NCBI GenBank assembly: GCA_963702895.1
Contig: OY969767.1
Span: 416,001-480,000 of the forward strand
Direction of reading: 5' to 3'
DNA from: an uncultured Elusimicrobia bacterium
GTDB taxonomy: Bacteria; Elusimicrobiota; Elusimicrobia; 2-01-FULL-59-12
DNA: 64,000 nucleotides
The notes under the pieces were generated by a model that saw nothing but the letters and a program-made list of their open reading frames with translations, ran no database searches and was not told the origin of the DNA. This document shows, piece by piece, positions 29,382 to 40,800 of the stretch (positions are counted from its first letter, which is position 1; the number at the start of each line of letters is the position of its first letter). A program made the position numbers and the translations under genes.

Positions 29382-30407
29382 TCAAGCATTTTTTAGGATC
29401 CGAGGATTGACTGACCTATAGTCAGCAAGATACGGTGACTTTGTGCGCAGTACGGCACAGATAATGCGCAAGAGTTTGTTGGCAATGTTGTTGAGCGCCA
29501 AGCGTTTGGCTTTTCCGGCTTGTACTTTTCTTTCAAAGTAGTGCCTGAACTGCTGATGATGTGTGCGAAGGGATCGGGCTGCCAGGTGCAATAGCTTGCG
29601 GATGATGTCCGGACCGATCCCGCGAGAGCTTGCATTCTTGCGCACGGAAGTTCCGCTGGAGTGTTCGAGTGGGCACATGCCCAAATACGAGGCGATGCGG
29701 CGGGGTTCCAGGGATCGCGTAAAGCCTTGGCTGATGACCATCAAATGGGCCGTCAAGAGTCGGCCCACCCCAGGGATGGTGAGCAGCAAGCTCACCATGG
29801 GGCCAATGGTGGGGTGGTTTGAGATCAGTTGATCCAAGGCCTGATCGATTTTTTTGATCTGTTCTTTGAGATGGCGGATGGTGTCCAGGAAGCTTTGTTC
29901 GGCGAGGATCGTGCGAACGACTTTCCGGCTGATGGCCGACAAGGCATTTTGATTGGCGGTCATCTGGCCGGTCAGCTGCTCGCGCGTCGTCAGAAGAACA
30001 CGGACTTGTTCGATCAAGGCTTCCGAGGGTTTCCAGAACGCGAGTTGATCGAAAAAGCGCCAGGCATATTCGGCGAGCTGGCGGCTATCGATGGGGTCGC
30101 TTTTGGCTCCCAGGGGGTGAAAGGCGCGTTTGGTTTTATGCGGCGCCTCCACCGACACCGGATAGCCTTTGGCACAGAGCCAGTAGCAGAGCTGCTCCGC
30201 ATAAACACCGGTGGCTTCCATGCAGACCACGGTATTGGTGGAATCGACTCCGCGTTTCTTAAACCAGGCTTCGAATTCCTCAAAGCCGGCGGGTGTATTG
30301 GCGAGCGTCTGATGTTTGGAATACTTTTGTTCGGCTGAGCTGTAATGTGTTGCGCTGAAGGTTTGATCGGCGATATCAACGCCTATGTAATGGAGAGGTG
30401 GGTTCAT
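29382..30407 (-). CDS. IS110-family transposase (bridge recombinase)
   Basis: IGVDIA, CMEATG, KSDPIDS, TIPGVG, YLGMCP..HSSGTS; AAGGAG RBS. Confidence 0.95.
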   Translation of the reverse strand: MNPPLHYIGVDIADQTFSATHYSSAEQKYSKHQTLANTPAGFEEFEAWFKKRGVDSTNTVVCMEATGVYAEQLCYWLCAKGYPVSVEAPHKTKRAFHPLGAKSDPIDSRQLAEYAWRFFDQLAFWKPSEALIEQVRVLLTTREQLTGQMTANQNALSAISRKVVRTILAEQSFLDTIRHLKEQIKKIDQALDQLISNHPTIGPMVSLLLTIPGVGRLLTAHLMVISQGFTRSLEPRRIASYLGMCPLEHSSGTSVRKNASSRGIGPDIIRKLLHLAARSLRTHHQQFRHYFERKVQAGKAKRLALNNIANKLLRIICAVLRTKSPYLADYRSVNPRILKNA

Positions 30408-30429
30408 AAGGCTCCTTTTTGTAAGTGCC

Positions 30430-30600
30430 GACATTCGTGATGCGAGCTTTGCCTATTAAGGGTTTTTATGACATCACTTCTATCTAGCTTTGGATCACGA
30501 AAGAATGGGGTCTTTACCGGGGTATGGTTTTCACCTTGGCGAAAGTTAGACTTATTCCATTCTTGTCGGTGTCTTCTTCTAGAGTCTACAAAGACTCGAG
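30430..30600 (-). ncRNA. Bridge RNA with target- and donor-binding loops
   Basis: Guides CUUUCGCC (30538-30545) and ACCCCGG (30517-30523) match the insertion site; UAAUAGG (30452-30458) matches the element end; enclosing stems visible. Confidence 0.85.
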
Positions 30601-30766
30601 AAAAGTCTAATAGGCGAAAGCCGGCCCTCCAGACGCCCGGCGGGCCGGGTCGCCGGACTTGTGGAGACCCGGGGTCCAGTTCAACGACGATGGACTGGAT
30701 CCCGGTTTTCACCGGGATGACGACAACTGCAGATTCCGGGCTAACGGTGTAAGGAAGTGGTCTTGA

Positions 30767-31489
30767 TCAGTCCAGGCGATAGCCGAAGCCGATGACGGTT
30801 TTGATTCGGCTGGAAAAGGATTCTCCCAGTTTCTTTTTTAGGCGGGAGACGTGGACTTCCACCGTGTGGGGATCGTTGTAGGTCTCTGGCTCATAACCCC
30901 AAACGCTTTTCAGAAGCGTGAGGGGGGAAAGGATGTTCTTGGGTTTCCGGAGGAGCTCCATCAGAAGGTCAAATTCCTTGCGGGTCAAGGCGACATCCTT
31001 GCCTTCGACCTGCACGCGGCGCTCCGTGACGTTCAAAGTGAGGTTGTAATAGCGGAGCGTTTGCTCCAGCTCCTCCGGCGCTTTGACCCGCCGGAGCACC
31101 GCCTGAATCTTGGCCAGAAGCAGGTCCGGGTTCAGAGGCTTGAGGAGATAGTCGTCCGCCCCGCCTTGCAGGCCGTCGACCACGTCTTCCTGCTCCATCC
31201 GTTCGCCCGAGATCAGGATCACGGGAATCTTTTCGGCCGCCGGATTTTTCTTCAGGGCGGCGCAGATCTCCACCCCGTTTTCCTTTTCCAGCAGCACGTC
31301 CATGAGCACCAGATCAGGACGCTCCTTCAGCACAAGGGGCAGCACTTCGGAGCCACGGCGGCAAACCGTGACGAGGCAGCCGGCCTTGGTCAGCCAGGTT
31401 TTGGCCATGTCCCGAAGCACGGCATCATCATCGGCGATCAGAATACGAGTGGGCGATGTCACAAGATTGATTTTATCAAAGACGATCAT
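30767..31489 (-). CDS. OmpR/PhoB-family response regulator
   Basis: ILIADDD REC domain; LTRKEFDLL, TVEVHVSRLKKKL, GFGYRL. Confidence 0.93.
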   Translation of the reverse strand: MIVFDKINLVTSPTRILIADDDAVLRDMAKTWLTKAGCLVTVCRRGSEVLPLVLKERPDLVLMDVLLEKENGVEICAALKKNPAAEKIPVILISGERMEQEDVVDGLQGGADDYLLKPLNPDLLLAKIQAVLRRVKAPEELEQTLRYYNLTLNVTERRVQVEGKDVALTRKEFDLLMELLRKPKNILSPLTLLKSVWGYEPETYNDPHTVEVHVSRLKKKLGESFSSRIKTVIGFGYRLD

Positions 31490-31571
31490 ACGACATGACA
31501 CAACATTGCACGAAATCAGGACCCCAAGGTCCCTCACCGGCCGCGCATTATGAAGGCAGGGACGACCAGAA

Positions 31572-31886
31572 GCAGGAAATCTTTAGAGGTAGGTTGCCTC
31601 CTCTTTCCCTGGAGCAGACGCCTGCTCGCTCCAGCGAAATTTCCCCCTCCATGGCCCTAGCCCTGCAGGGCCACGGAGGGTCAGCGTTTTGGCTTCGGGC
31701 AGCCTGCGGAACTCGGACCCTTTCCCAAAAGCATAGTGGTAGGTCCTCGCACAGTCCTCCGCCACTGGGTCTCTGGCGGACGCCAACGTCGTAGTGGCGT
31801 CGGCTTGGCACACCCTCGCCAAAACGCTTGAAATTTCGAGTCGCTCGCCAGGCTCCCGCTCCTGGGAAAGAGGTGCAACTCCATCT
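31572..31886 (-). ncRNA. Unassigned structured RNA-like element A
   Basis: Long nested stems; shares motifs with element B, with compensatory changes; strand inferred. Confidence 0.55.
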
Positions 31887-31892
31887 TGATAA

Positions 31893-32112
31893 CAGGAACA
31901 TCTTTTGTCGTGGGGGAGAGAGGCAGCGAACGACTCGCGGACGGCGGCCGGGTGGTGAGCGCGTCTAGCCGAGGATGGTTGAGCCTCGACCTTTGATGTA
32001 CAGGCAGGAGGCGAGTTCCGCAGGCTGCGCGAACCACCCAGCCGGGGTGTCCGGGAGCGCCGGAGTGAGTCGCCTCCCTCCCCCACGGCAAGAACCCCCG
32101 AAGATTTCCTGC
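31893..32112 (+). ncRNA. Unassigned structured RNA-like element B (paralogue of A)
   Basis: Closing stems CAGGAACATCTT/AAGATTTCCTG and TTGTCGTGGGGGAG/CTCCCCCACGGCAA; shared core CGAGTTCCGCAGGCTGC. Confidence 0.55.
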
Positions 32113-32261
32113 ATCGGAAACGGCCAAGGGACTGGAGATGACAGGCCTAATATTATTAGGATGATCCCCAATGTGGTCCGCATCGCATTGGAAAGAGCGC
32201 TTCTGGTTGATACTGGCGGCTTCGAAGTCTTAATTCCACCTCTACAGAAAAGGAAACTGTC

Positions 32262-34508
32262 ATGCATAAAATGATGCAAGCTACGCCGTTTGAAGTGATG
32301 TCCATCTGGATTGTTCTTGGAATTGCCATGCTGGGGCTGGCCTACGCGATGCTCTTGCGCAGCCAAATCCTCAGAATGGATACGGGTACCCCCAAGATGC
32401 TGGAAGTTTGGAACGCGATCCGCCTTGGCGCCGATGCCTACCTCGGCCGCCAGCTCAAAATCATTACCCCTTTGATTCTGGTGCTTGCGGTGGTCCTCTT
32501 CTACTCGGTTTACATCGTTCCCCCGACCGCGGAGGCGCTCGAGCGCTTTGAAGGGTACACCCCGGAGAAAGTCCGCTTTCTGATCGGCATGGGCCGCGCG
32601 ATCGCCTTTATCATGGGCGCCGGCTTCTCACTGATCGTCGGCCAGTTCGGCATGCGCATGGCGGTCCAAGGGAACGTCCGCGTCGCGGCGGCCTCGCGGC
32701 GCAGTTTCTCGGAAGCGCTTAAAGTGGCCTACCGCTCCGGAACCATCACCGGCATGCTCACGGACGGCCTGGGACTTTTCGGCGGCACCGTCATTTTCAT
32801 GTACTTCGGGGTGGCCGCGCCGGACGCGCTCCTGGGCTTTGGCTTCGGCGGGACGCTCTTGGCGCTCTTCATGCGCGTGGGCGGCGGTATTTACACCAAG
32901 GCCGCGGACGTGGGAGCCGACCTCGTCGGCAAGGTGGAAGCGGGCATCCCGGAGGATGACCCCCGCAACGCCGCCGTGATCGCGGACCTCGTGGGCGACA
33001 ATGTCGGCGACTGCGCCGGTATGGCCGCGGACATCTTTGAATCCTATGAAGTCACGATCGTCTCGGGGCTGATCCTGGGTCTCGCCCTCGTATCCATCAC
33101 CCACGAGCTCAAGTGGATCATTTTCCCGCTTCTCGTGCGCGGCATCGGGGTGCTCTCGTCCATCATCGGGACCTACGTCGTCCGGGGCTCTCCGGGTGAG
33201 GAGCGCGGCAACGCCCTTTCGTCCATCAACAAGGGGTTCTACACGTCGGCGCTCATTTCAGTCGTCGCCTTCTTCTTCCTCGCGCACTACTACATGCACG
33301 AGTGGCGGGCGTTCCTTTCGGTCTTCGCCGGCATTGTGCTTGCCATCGTGCTCGACGAGGTGACGAAGTACTTCACCGACACGCACTACCGCCCGGTCAA
33401 AAGCATCGCGGGCGCATCCAAGACCGGATCGGCGACGCTCATCCTGCGCGGCCTGGGCGTCGGGTTTGAGTCGGCCGTCTGGCAGACCCTCGTCATCGCC
33501 GGCGCGATCTTCGCGGCCGTCCTCATCTACCGCGGCCAGCCGGTGATCTTCGTGCTCTACGGCGTCGCCATGACCGGCATCGGCATGCTCACCCTCACCG
33601 GGAACAATGTGGCCATGGACTCGTTCGGCCCCATCGCCGACAACGCCAACGGCATCGGCGAAATGGCGGGTTTGGAACCCAAGGCCCGCAAGATCATGGC
33701 GGACTTAGACGCCGTCGGAAACACCACCAAGGCCATCACCAAGGGTGTGGCGATCGGTTCCGCCGTCATCGCCGCGGTCTCCCTGTTCGGTTCCTATCTC
33801 ACCGACGTGACCAACGTGCAGGCGCAGATGGGACTGGGCGAGCCGCTCCGGCTCCTGAACACCGGCATCCGCATTTCCCAGCCGGTCGTCTTCATTGGGT
33901 TCCTCATCGGCGGCGCGGTGCCCTGGCTCTTTTCCGGGCTCTGCATCAACGCCGTCACCCGCGCCGCCTCCCTGATCGTGGAGGAAGTGCGCCGTCAGTT
34001 CCGCATTCCGGGGTTGATGGAAGGGACCGTCGCGCCGGATTACAAGCAGGCGGTGGGGATTTGCACGCAAGCGGCACAGAAGGAGCTCGTGAGCCTGGCG
34101 CTCATCGCGATTTTGACCCCGCTCCTCGTGGGGATGCTCCTGCGCGTGGAGGCCCTGGGCGGGTTTTTGGGCGGTGTGATCCTTTCCGGACAGCTGCTCG
34201 CGGTCTTTATGGCGACGGCGGGCGGCGCCTGGGACAATGCCAAAAAGCTGATCGAAGACGGCATCTATGGCGGCAAAGGCTCGGAATGCCATAAAGCGGC
34301 CGTGGTCGGCGACACCGTGGGGGATCCCCTCAAAGACACTTCGGGGCCCGCGCTCAATCCCATGATCAAGGTGATGAACCTTGTGTCGCTTCTGGCGGCG
34401 CCGATCCTCGTGCAATACGACTTGTCGCACTGGGGCATGTGGGTGGCGATCTTTATCTGTTCGGCCGTGGTCCTGGCCTCCATCGGCTACTCCAAGCGGG
34501 AAAGCTAG
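32262..34508 (+). CDS. hppA: Membrane-bound ion-pumping pyrophosphatase, K+-independent type
   Basis: GGIYTKAADVGADLVGKVE, DNVGD, GDTVGDPLKD; GNTTKA (Lys). Confidence 0.96.
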   Translation: MHKMMQATPFEVMSIWIVLGIAMLGLAYAMLLRSQILRMDTGTPKMLEVWNAIRLGADAYLGRQLKIITPLILVLAVVLFYSVYIVPPTAEALERFEGYTPEKVRFLIGMGRAIAFIMGAGFSLIVGQFGMRMAVQGNVRVAAASRRSFSEALKVAYRSGTITGMLTDGLGLFGGTVIFMYFGVAAPDALLGFGFGGTLLALFMRVGGGIYTKAADVGADLVGKVEAGIPEDDPRNAAVIADLVGDNVGDCAGMAADIFESYEVTIVSGLILGLALVSITHELKWIIFPLLVRGIGVLSSIIGTYVVRGSPGEERGNALSSINKGFYTSALISVVAFFFLAHYYMHEWRAFLSVFAGIVLAIVLDEVTKYFTDTHYRPVKSIAGASKTGSATLILRGLGVGFESAVWQTLVIAGAIFAAVLIYRGQPVIFVLYGVAMTGIGMLTLTGNNVAMDSFGPIADNANGIGEMAGLEPKARKIMADLDAVGNTTKAITKGVAIGSAVIAAVSLFGSYLTDVTNVQAQMGLGEPLRLLNTGIRISQPVVFIGFLIGGAVPWLFSGLCINAVTRAASLIVEEVRRQFRIPGLMEGTVAPDYKQAVGICTQAAQKELVSLALIAILTPLLVGMLLRVEALGGFLGGVILSGQLLAVFMATAGGAWDNAKKLIEDGIYGGKGSECHKAAVVGDTVGDPLKDTSGPALNPMIKVMNLVSLLAAPILVQYDLSHWGMWVAIFICSAVVLASIGYSKRES

Positions 34509-34527
34509 GCTTTAGCAAACTTCAAAG

Positions 34528-34610
34528 GGACGTTCCATCACAAACGTAACAAACTCCCGTATCCTTGCGCTTGGCGCACAGGAGTTTGTTACGTTTGTGA
34601 TGGAACGTCC
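34528..34610. repeat. Perfect 30-bp inverted repeat with 23-nt spacer
   Basis: GGACGTTCCATCACAAACGTAACAAACTCC (34528-34557) and its exact reverse complement (34581-34610). Confidence 0.9.
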
Positions 34611-34828
34611 ACATCAGTTCTGAAGTCGGCGCTCTACTACCCGTTCCCGACGGAGGCCGAGCTGAAGGACAAGCACTATCTCTGGTGGAGATCCGCCGTT
34701 TAAGTACCGGGGTAACGGGGTATCGGAGTAACGGCATATCGGGGTAACGGAGCGTCGGCCCGGGCAAACGGCCCTGACAGCCAGCCGTTTCTCCGATACT
34801 CTGATAACCTGCAACTCCCCTCGCTACC

Positions 34829-37800
34829 TCAGGCGCTGCGGAAAACAGAACGCATCGAAGGTAGATATTTCTTCCCGTGTCGGTGGTCCGCCCCGAAGAA
34901 GATGGTCATTCCCTGAATTAGATTGACTGCACCAAATGCCGTGAGGAGGGCGCTCTGAGAAGCGCCCAGAGGTGCGAGATTTAGCAGAATCGCACCGGTC
35001 AGGAATTGAATAGCCCCTGGCAAGAAATAGAACAGGGCCAGCCTGACATCTGATCCTATCTCTGGAGGGTTCTCGCGATATCCTTGGGTTAACCAAAGGT
35101 GCGCCTTTTCGTAGAAGTTCTTCCCGGCGAGCAAACGCAGGCCTCCGCCGAGAGCCAGATGCAGGCCCACATGTGCCAGATAAAAGATCCCTGTTGCAGC
35201 TATTACAACGAGCATTTGGCGGAGCCCAAAATGATGAGCGTCCACCAGTGGAAGGAATCCGACGATGGCGCTAAGAATCGTAAACATCCCCTCTTGCGAT
35301 GCTGTTTCTGAATTTTTTCTCGCGGGTCTTCCAATCCTTGGTTCACTTGTTGGTGAAAATTCCCTGATCATGCGTTCGCGGCGTTGTGCTTGTATCGCAG
35401 GGTCTGGCGTGTAAACAAAATATTTATCAAGGACGACCTTGACTGGAAATGTGGGGTTTCCGGGAGTGAGCTCGGAGTGGAAGATACCGCCGTCTTCCGT
35501 ATTTGGAATGACAAGGCTCAGCGGGCTTTCGAGCGGTGTCTTCACCAACTGATATCCCGCTCCAAGGACTTTATCGGCATCTTTATCAAACAACGTAGCC
35601 GGGAAAATGATAGGTCGCCCGGACACGTCGGCCCATACTTTCATGTACATTAGGAAAGCGGGCAGAAAATCCAATTCAGACCGAACAGAGTACACATTGC
35701 TAGTCGCTAGAAGAGGTCCTTCTTGGGATCGAGCGATGGAAAATCTAGCCAAACGGTCCCTCCCGCGATTCTCTTCCGTTTTAAGGAATGCATAGACAGC
35801 GTGAATCCAAGGATTTTCCCAGTACGCCCGGATGTTGTGGAGTATGTGCTGTCTGTAGCGGTATGTGAAATCCAAAGAGCCGTGTGTTCCTGGGAATCCT
35901 ACGAATAGGCTTTCGAAGGGTTTATAAGCGGCGTCCAAAATAACCAGTTCCGATTTCAGAGATTGTCTTTGAATCTCTCTGGTCAAGTTTTGAAGGGTCA
36001 GGAGGTTGTCCGTCAGTCTTTCGATCTCGTCTCGCAGTCCCGTCAACATCTGCGCCTGCTGGTGGGTATGTTTCTTTCGAGCTTCCAAGTGGAGTCGTTG
36101 AATTGCTTCAACGATGGAGAGCAGGACACTGCGGAGGGAAGTGGCGATGATTTCACTTTCCTTTGATAATTGTTCATCCGATCGGAGCCTGATGGTTCCC
36201 TCCATCTCTAGTAATTTCAGGAACTGTGGATCAATCTTTTCATGGGAGCGCAGGGCCACAAGGTTCGGATCTATAAGCAAGGATGCTAAACCGGCACGCA
36301 CCTCTTTCCAGCATCTCATTCTGCTTTCCATGGCGTTGGAGTACTGACGCAGGTGGATGGGGATCTCGATGGCTCCCGGGCCCTCCAACCAATCAGATAT
36401 CTGGATGGGGTCAGCTTCGCGGCGTTGTTTGAGAGACCCCCTATAGTATCTTGATGATTCCTGCAGAGCAGCGCTGGCGTCACCTGGATACCTTTGCAAC
36501 ATCTGCGTATAGCGGATGAGACATTGCTTAAAGATCTCTGCTCCAGGTATTACGTGCTCTTTTATATGCTCATAGTAATGCAAGGCGATCTCCAGATCTG
36601 GATGAACACTGATGCGACGCAGGGGGTCGAACGTAACCCCCAATATCATGGAAAGAGGGATGGTCTCACGCAGTCCAGCGATTTCTCTTATTGCCTTTTC
36701 CAGCGCTGTATAGACGGATTTACTTTTAATCGTTCTCCGCGGTGTCGATTCATCCGGCTTCCATTCCCTGATCAGGTTCGAGAGCACGTTGCTGACGGTG
36801 GGGATGGCGCCCCGGGTTCCGGTCATGGATTCAGAGAATTCCGTCAGCGAGCGGAGAAGTGTGCCGAGTCCTCCCAACAATCCGCCATACTCCTTTTTCG
36901 ATAGAAGTGGCCAAATATCGCTCAACGCATTTAGGAGATCATGAATCTTCGGTCCAAAAGGGGTCGAAAGGGCTTGCGCTGCATATTGAAGATTGCTCCG
37001 ATTCTCAATCTTTTCGCCACTGATCCAAAACTGGTTCAACAGCAAAGGTAGATCTCTGCGCCTAAACATGAATAAGACAATCAAATGGGCGAGAAGGTCT
37101 TTGGGATTTAATGTTTCCAATCGGCGGACACGTTCAAGCGATTCGCTTGAACCACGGAGTCGATTCCAAGTCACGATGAACCTGCCGCGTATGTTCTGAT
37201 CATCGATGTTAGGTGCCCCAAATTCCAGCTCAGTTAATAAGGTGCGTTCAAAGGCAATAAATTCCGACTCCGGGTCCGAAATCCCTGATCCAGGAAGACC
37301 GTCATAAACCGAAAGGGGGTGCCCAAGCCATATCAATGCCTCGAGGGTTTGTTCCCAGGCTGTCGTCCGGTCAATGGCGATGAGGCTGGGGGAGCCCCGG
37401 GACGAGGCCAGGATCTTCATTACCCATTGCATCACGTGCTGGGCATTCTGCCATGTGTGCGTGATGGGCGCAGAAGTGCGCAAAGGGTTTGATTCGTATT
37501 GAATATAACGAATGACATCATCTATGGAGCTGGTTCCCCGGAGCTGGCCGGGGCCAGCAATACGGATTTCTTCAGCCTTGGCGATCCTCTCGATGCGTTC
37601 CACGAGCGAAGACCAGCGGAGATTGTTGTCCCGCACGATGTGCTTCGCTTGAATTTCAATCATCTTTCGAGCAAGCAGGCCCGCCAGCTGATCTGGTGTC
37701 AATCGTTCAGCGAGCTTCCGGCCAATAAAAATCTTGTTATCCATCGAAGAAGCTATGCTCGTTTGATGGCCCGGCGCCTCTTCCTCAAACACAACGACGG

Positions 37801-40800
37801 AGATTTTATTGAGCCAACGGTTGTAATCAATGTTTCCGAAGGGTATCAGAAAGTGCGTGTAGGACACGAGCCCAGGGGGTGTTAACATCAGAAATAAGGT
37901 GCGCGTAAATATTGCAAACCGATCCATAAGTTGTACTGCATTGCGGATCCACCTTGCCTTTGGGCGGGAGGGACTCTCCACGGCGAGCCCTCGCAACTGA
38001 TCAAATGCCGCGCGGCACTTGTTGATCAGCTCCCTGTTGTCCGAAAGGATCTCATCCATTCTGGGTGGAGTGATCGAACGCAAATCACCGGCGCTCGCGA
38101 TGGTTCTCGGGAGTCCTCCGCGTGCTTCATCGTGCGTATAGAGTCTTCGCGTCCCTCCCAAGGGTTCGCGGCGCTCCAGCGGGCCGGGTCCCAGACTTGC
38201 TTCTGCGTCAGCAGGAACTTTCCTTTCCAAAAGCCTAAAGGCGAAATTAAGAAGCAATATGGTCAAGTATCCAAAAACAACAAGGCCGACTATCTGCATC
38301 GCGAAAAATGAGACGTCTCCGGGGAAAGAAGGTCCCAGCGGCCAGGAGGAAGAGAGCGGCGTCAAAAGCCCCGCGAAAAATGAGACGTCTCCGGGGAAAG
38401 AAGGTCCCAGCGGCCAGGAGGAAGAGAGCGGCATCAAAAGCCCCGCGAGGGCGCTCCCGATCACGAAGGAACCTTCCATGGAGGCCCCGCCGTGGGGTGA
38501 GTCTTCTGCTGAGTCCGGATGAAGTCCTGATGCGGACTCCAAAGAATGACTCTTAGAAAAAGCGTCACGAATATTCTTCACGCGATCCCGGAGTGGCACG
38601 GGGATATCGTTAAGGCTCCGGCGTAGAGACGGCCGCGCTGTGGCATCTGAATAGCGATAGGGAGTGGCATGTTCTCCTTTCTTTTCTTGAATCAAAATCT
38701 TAAACCGCCCAGTATCAGTGCTCTCATCGAGAAAATCTCGCAGCGCTGCAGGTGACTGCCGTTCCGAGTTTGGCCCAAACCGTCCTTTTAAGGCCTGTTC
38801 TCGCACAGAGGTTCCGCTCATCAAATCACGCACCAACCCAAACCACGTCGTGTGGAGCGCTGTGTCTTCCCCGCGATTTGCCAAGGCTGTGAAGTTCAAA
38901 TCCGCCGTAATTTGTTGCTGCAAAATACGTGGGTGATAGGGAGGGGTGAGTTGTTCCTCCAATGGCACCTCTCCTCCATAGATATGGTGTTGAGGTGCTC
39001 CGGTGTGAAGATGTCTGAAAAGATCAGGAGCGCTGTGTCCATAATCCAACGTGAAAATGAACCCGGCTTCAAGGGCGCGACCGACATTTTCGACAAAAGA
39101 ATCCGCTTCGGTGTTGGCGAAGATCGTCCATCTCTGTTGTTCATGGCTTGCCAGGGCTGTGGCATAATCCTCGGCGTTTCGCTGGAGATGCTCGGCGACT
39201 TCAGGAATCTGTTGGGAAGGCACGTAGGTCTCTGTGTAGGTAATGCTGGCAAGCCGGGATTGAATGTCGCCCGGCGGCAGGCCCCCAACCGCCGATAGAT
39301 ATTTTTCAAAGCTTGATCGCGTTAGATACATGACGTTAACGCCGTTCAGCGCTGTCCGATCCCGGACCTCCGCGTCTTGTTGCCGGATGAGATCGTTCAA
39401 TTCCTGTCCGGAACCGATCTCGTCCAAGAGAGCAAGATGTTCAATCGGGATTTGCGGTATAACGAAAGCCACTTCCGCTTCACCTTGTGTTGTCAGAACG
39501 ACTTTGTGGGAGCCTAAATCATCCAGAAGCTCGTTTGTGAAGATCACCCCCTTGATCCTTCCCCCCATTAATGTGGCGAGTTTCGCTTGAGCTTCCCCCA
39601 ATACCGCATCCATTTTCCCTTTGTCAATATAATCACGGCCTTCCGCCGCCTGGCGATCATGTAGGCGAGCAGACTGCTCTATAATCGTGTAATGCAATTG
39701 GTTCCAGAAATCTCGCCATTCTGAGCTGGAACCATGTGAGGCACGGGACTCGACATAGCGCATGACGTCTCGAGAGAGAATGCCCGTTCCACCACCAAAT
39801 TCGACGAAATGAAACACATCCTGGGGCGAGAGGGATTCGTTATGACGCATATGTTGCCACATGCTAAAGAGGTGTTCCGCAATCATTCTCCCGAACAAAG
39901 GAGACAGCTCGACAGGCAGGGTCGAAAAATCTTCGTGGGGACCAATTCCCGCTCGATAACGATAATACAGCTGGTTGACAAGCGACATGAAGTCCTTAAA
40001 AGAGACGAAGAGTTCTGGCGCGACATTCTGCAGACGCTCAGGGAGGGAAATCGGTTCTGAGGGCTCGGCCGCGGCCTCGGTGGCAGGGATATTGCGCTCT
40101 CGGCGGGTGGGTCCGGAAGGATGAGCAGATAAAGGATTTGCAGGACGTGATCCGTCGCCCATTCGAGGCGCCAGGCCAGCGCTATCGGAGGGGCTTTCCG
40201 CCGAGGGTCCGATTCGTCCAGGTTCGGAAGTGACAGAAGCTCCCCCAGTCGGCGACCCCGGGCGGTTCGGAACTGAGCTTGAGTCAGGCGGGGACTGCAA
40301 GCGCTCCTTCATGGTTTTCAAACGTGCCACAAACCGTTCGAAATTTTTTCCCTTCATTCTTGCAGGCAGCCAATCCTGATTACTTTCCAGCCATTCCAAA
40401 AAGGCTTGAATACCGCTGACGAGTTCCTGTCTTACTGCGTCGGCATCTTCGCCTTCTTCAACATAAGGCTCCATAAATGCTTCGTCCGATATTCTGTTGC
40501 TCTGTCGAATCAAGATCTTGAGAAAATCAATCCGGCTGTTCTTATAGAGCTTGTTTTTAAACGGCGGTTCCGTGGCCACGACCGGGAGTAGGAATCGAAT
40601 CCGTTTGGCGATCTGTTTCTGGGGGAAATTTGGCTTTTCGGGAGTTTGAACTTCGAAGATAATCCTCAAGTTGTCCGTGCCGTCAGCCGATTTCGCGGCC
40701 TGAATATGAATGCTGGCCTCGTCGCGAAACCGGCTCCCGTACAGCGCATATCCCGCCTTCTTATAGTTTGTCATCAGGGTAATGATATTGATCAGGCGAT

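Larger units (their letters stand above)
29366..30612 (-). mobile_element. IS110-family element (non-coding region upstream of transposase)
   Basis: Boundaries defined by the interrupted repeat; no TIR; joined ends give TTGACC-18-TAGACT promoter. Confidence 0.92.
29334..30744. repeat. Palindromic repeat copy 8, split by IS110 (29334-29365 and 30613-30744)
   Basis: Rejoined flanks give GTCACCCCGGCGAAAGCC as in copy 3. Confidence 0.92.

Noticed and set aside
31572..32112. c-di-GMP riboswitch, RNase P, tmRNA, SRP, 6S or protein-coding interpretation
   Set aside because: Diagnostic motifs not found; overlapping ORFs lack coding character
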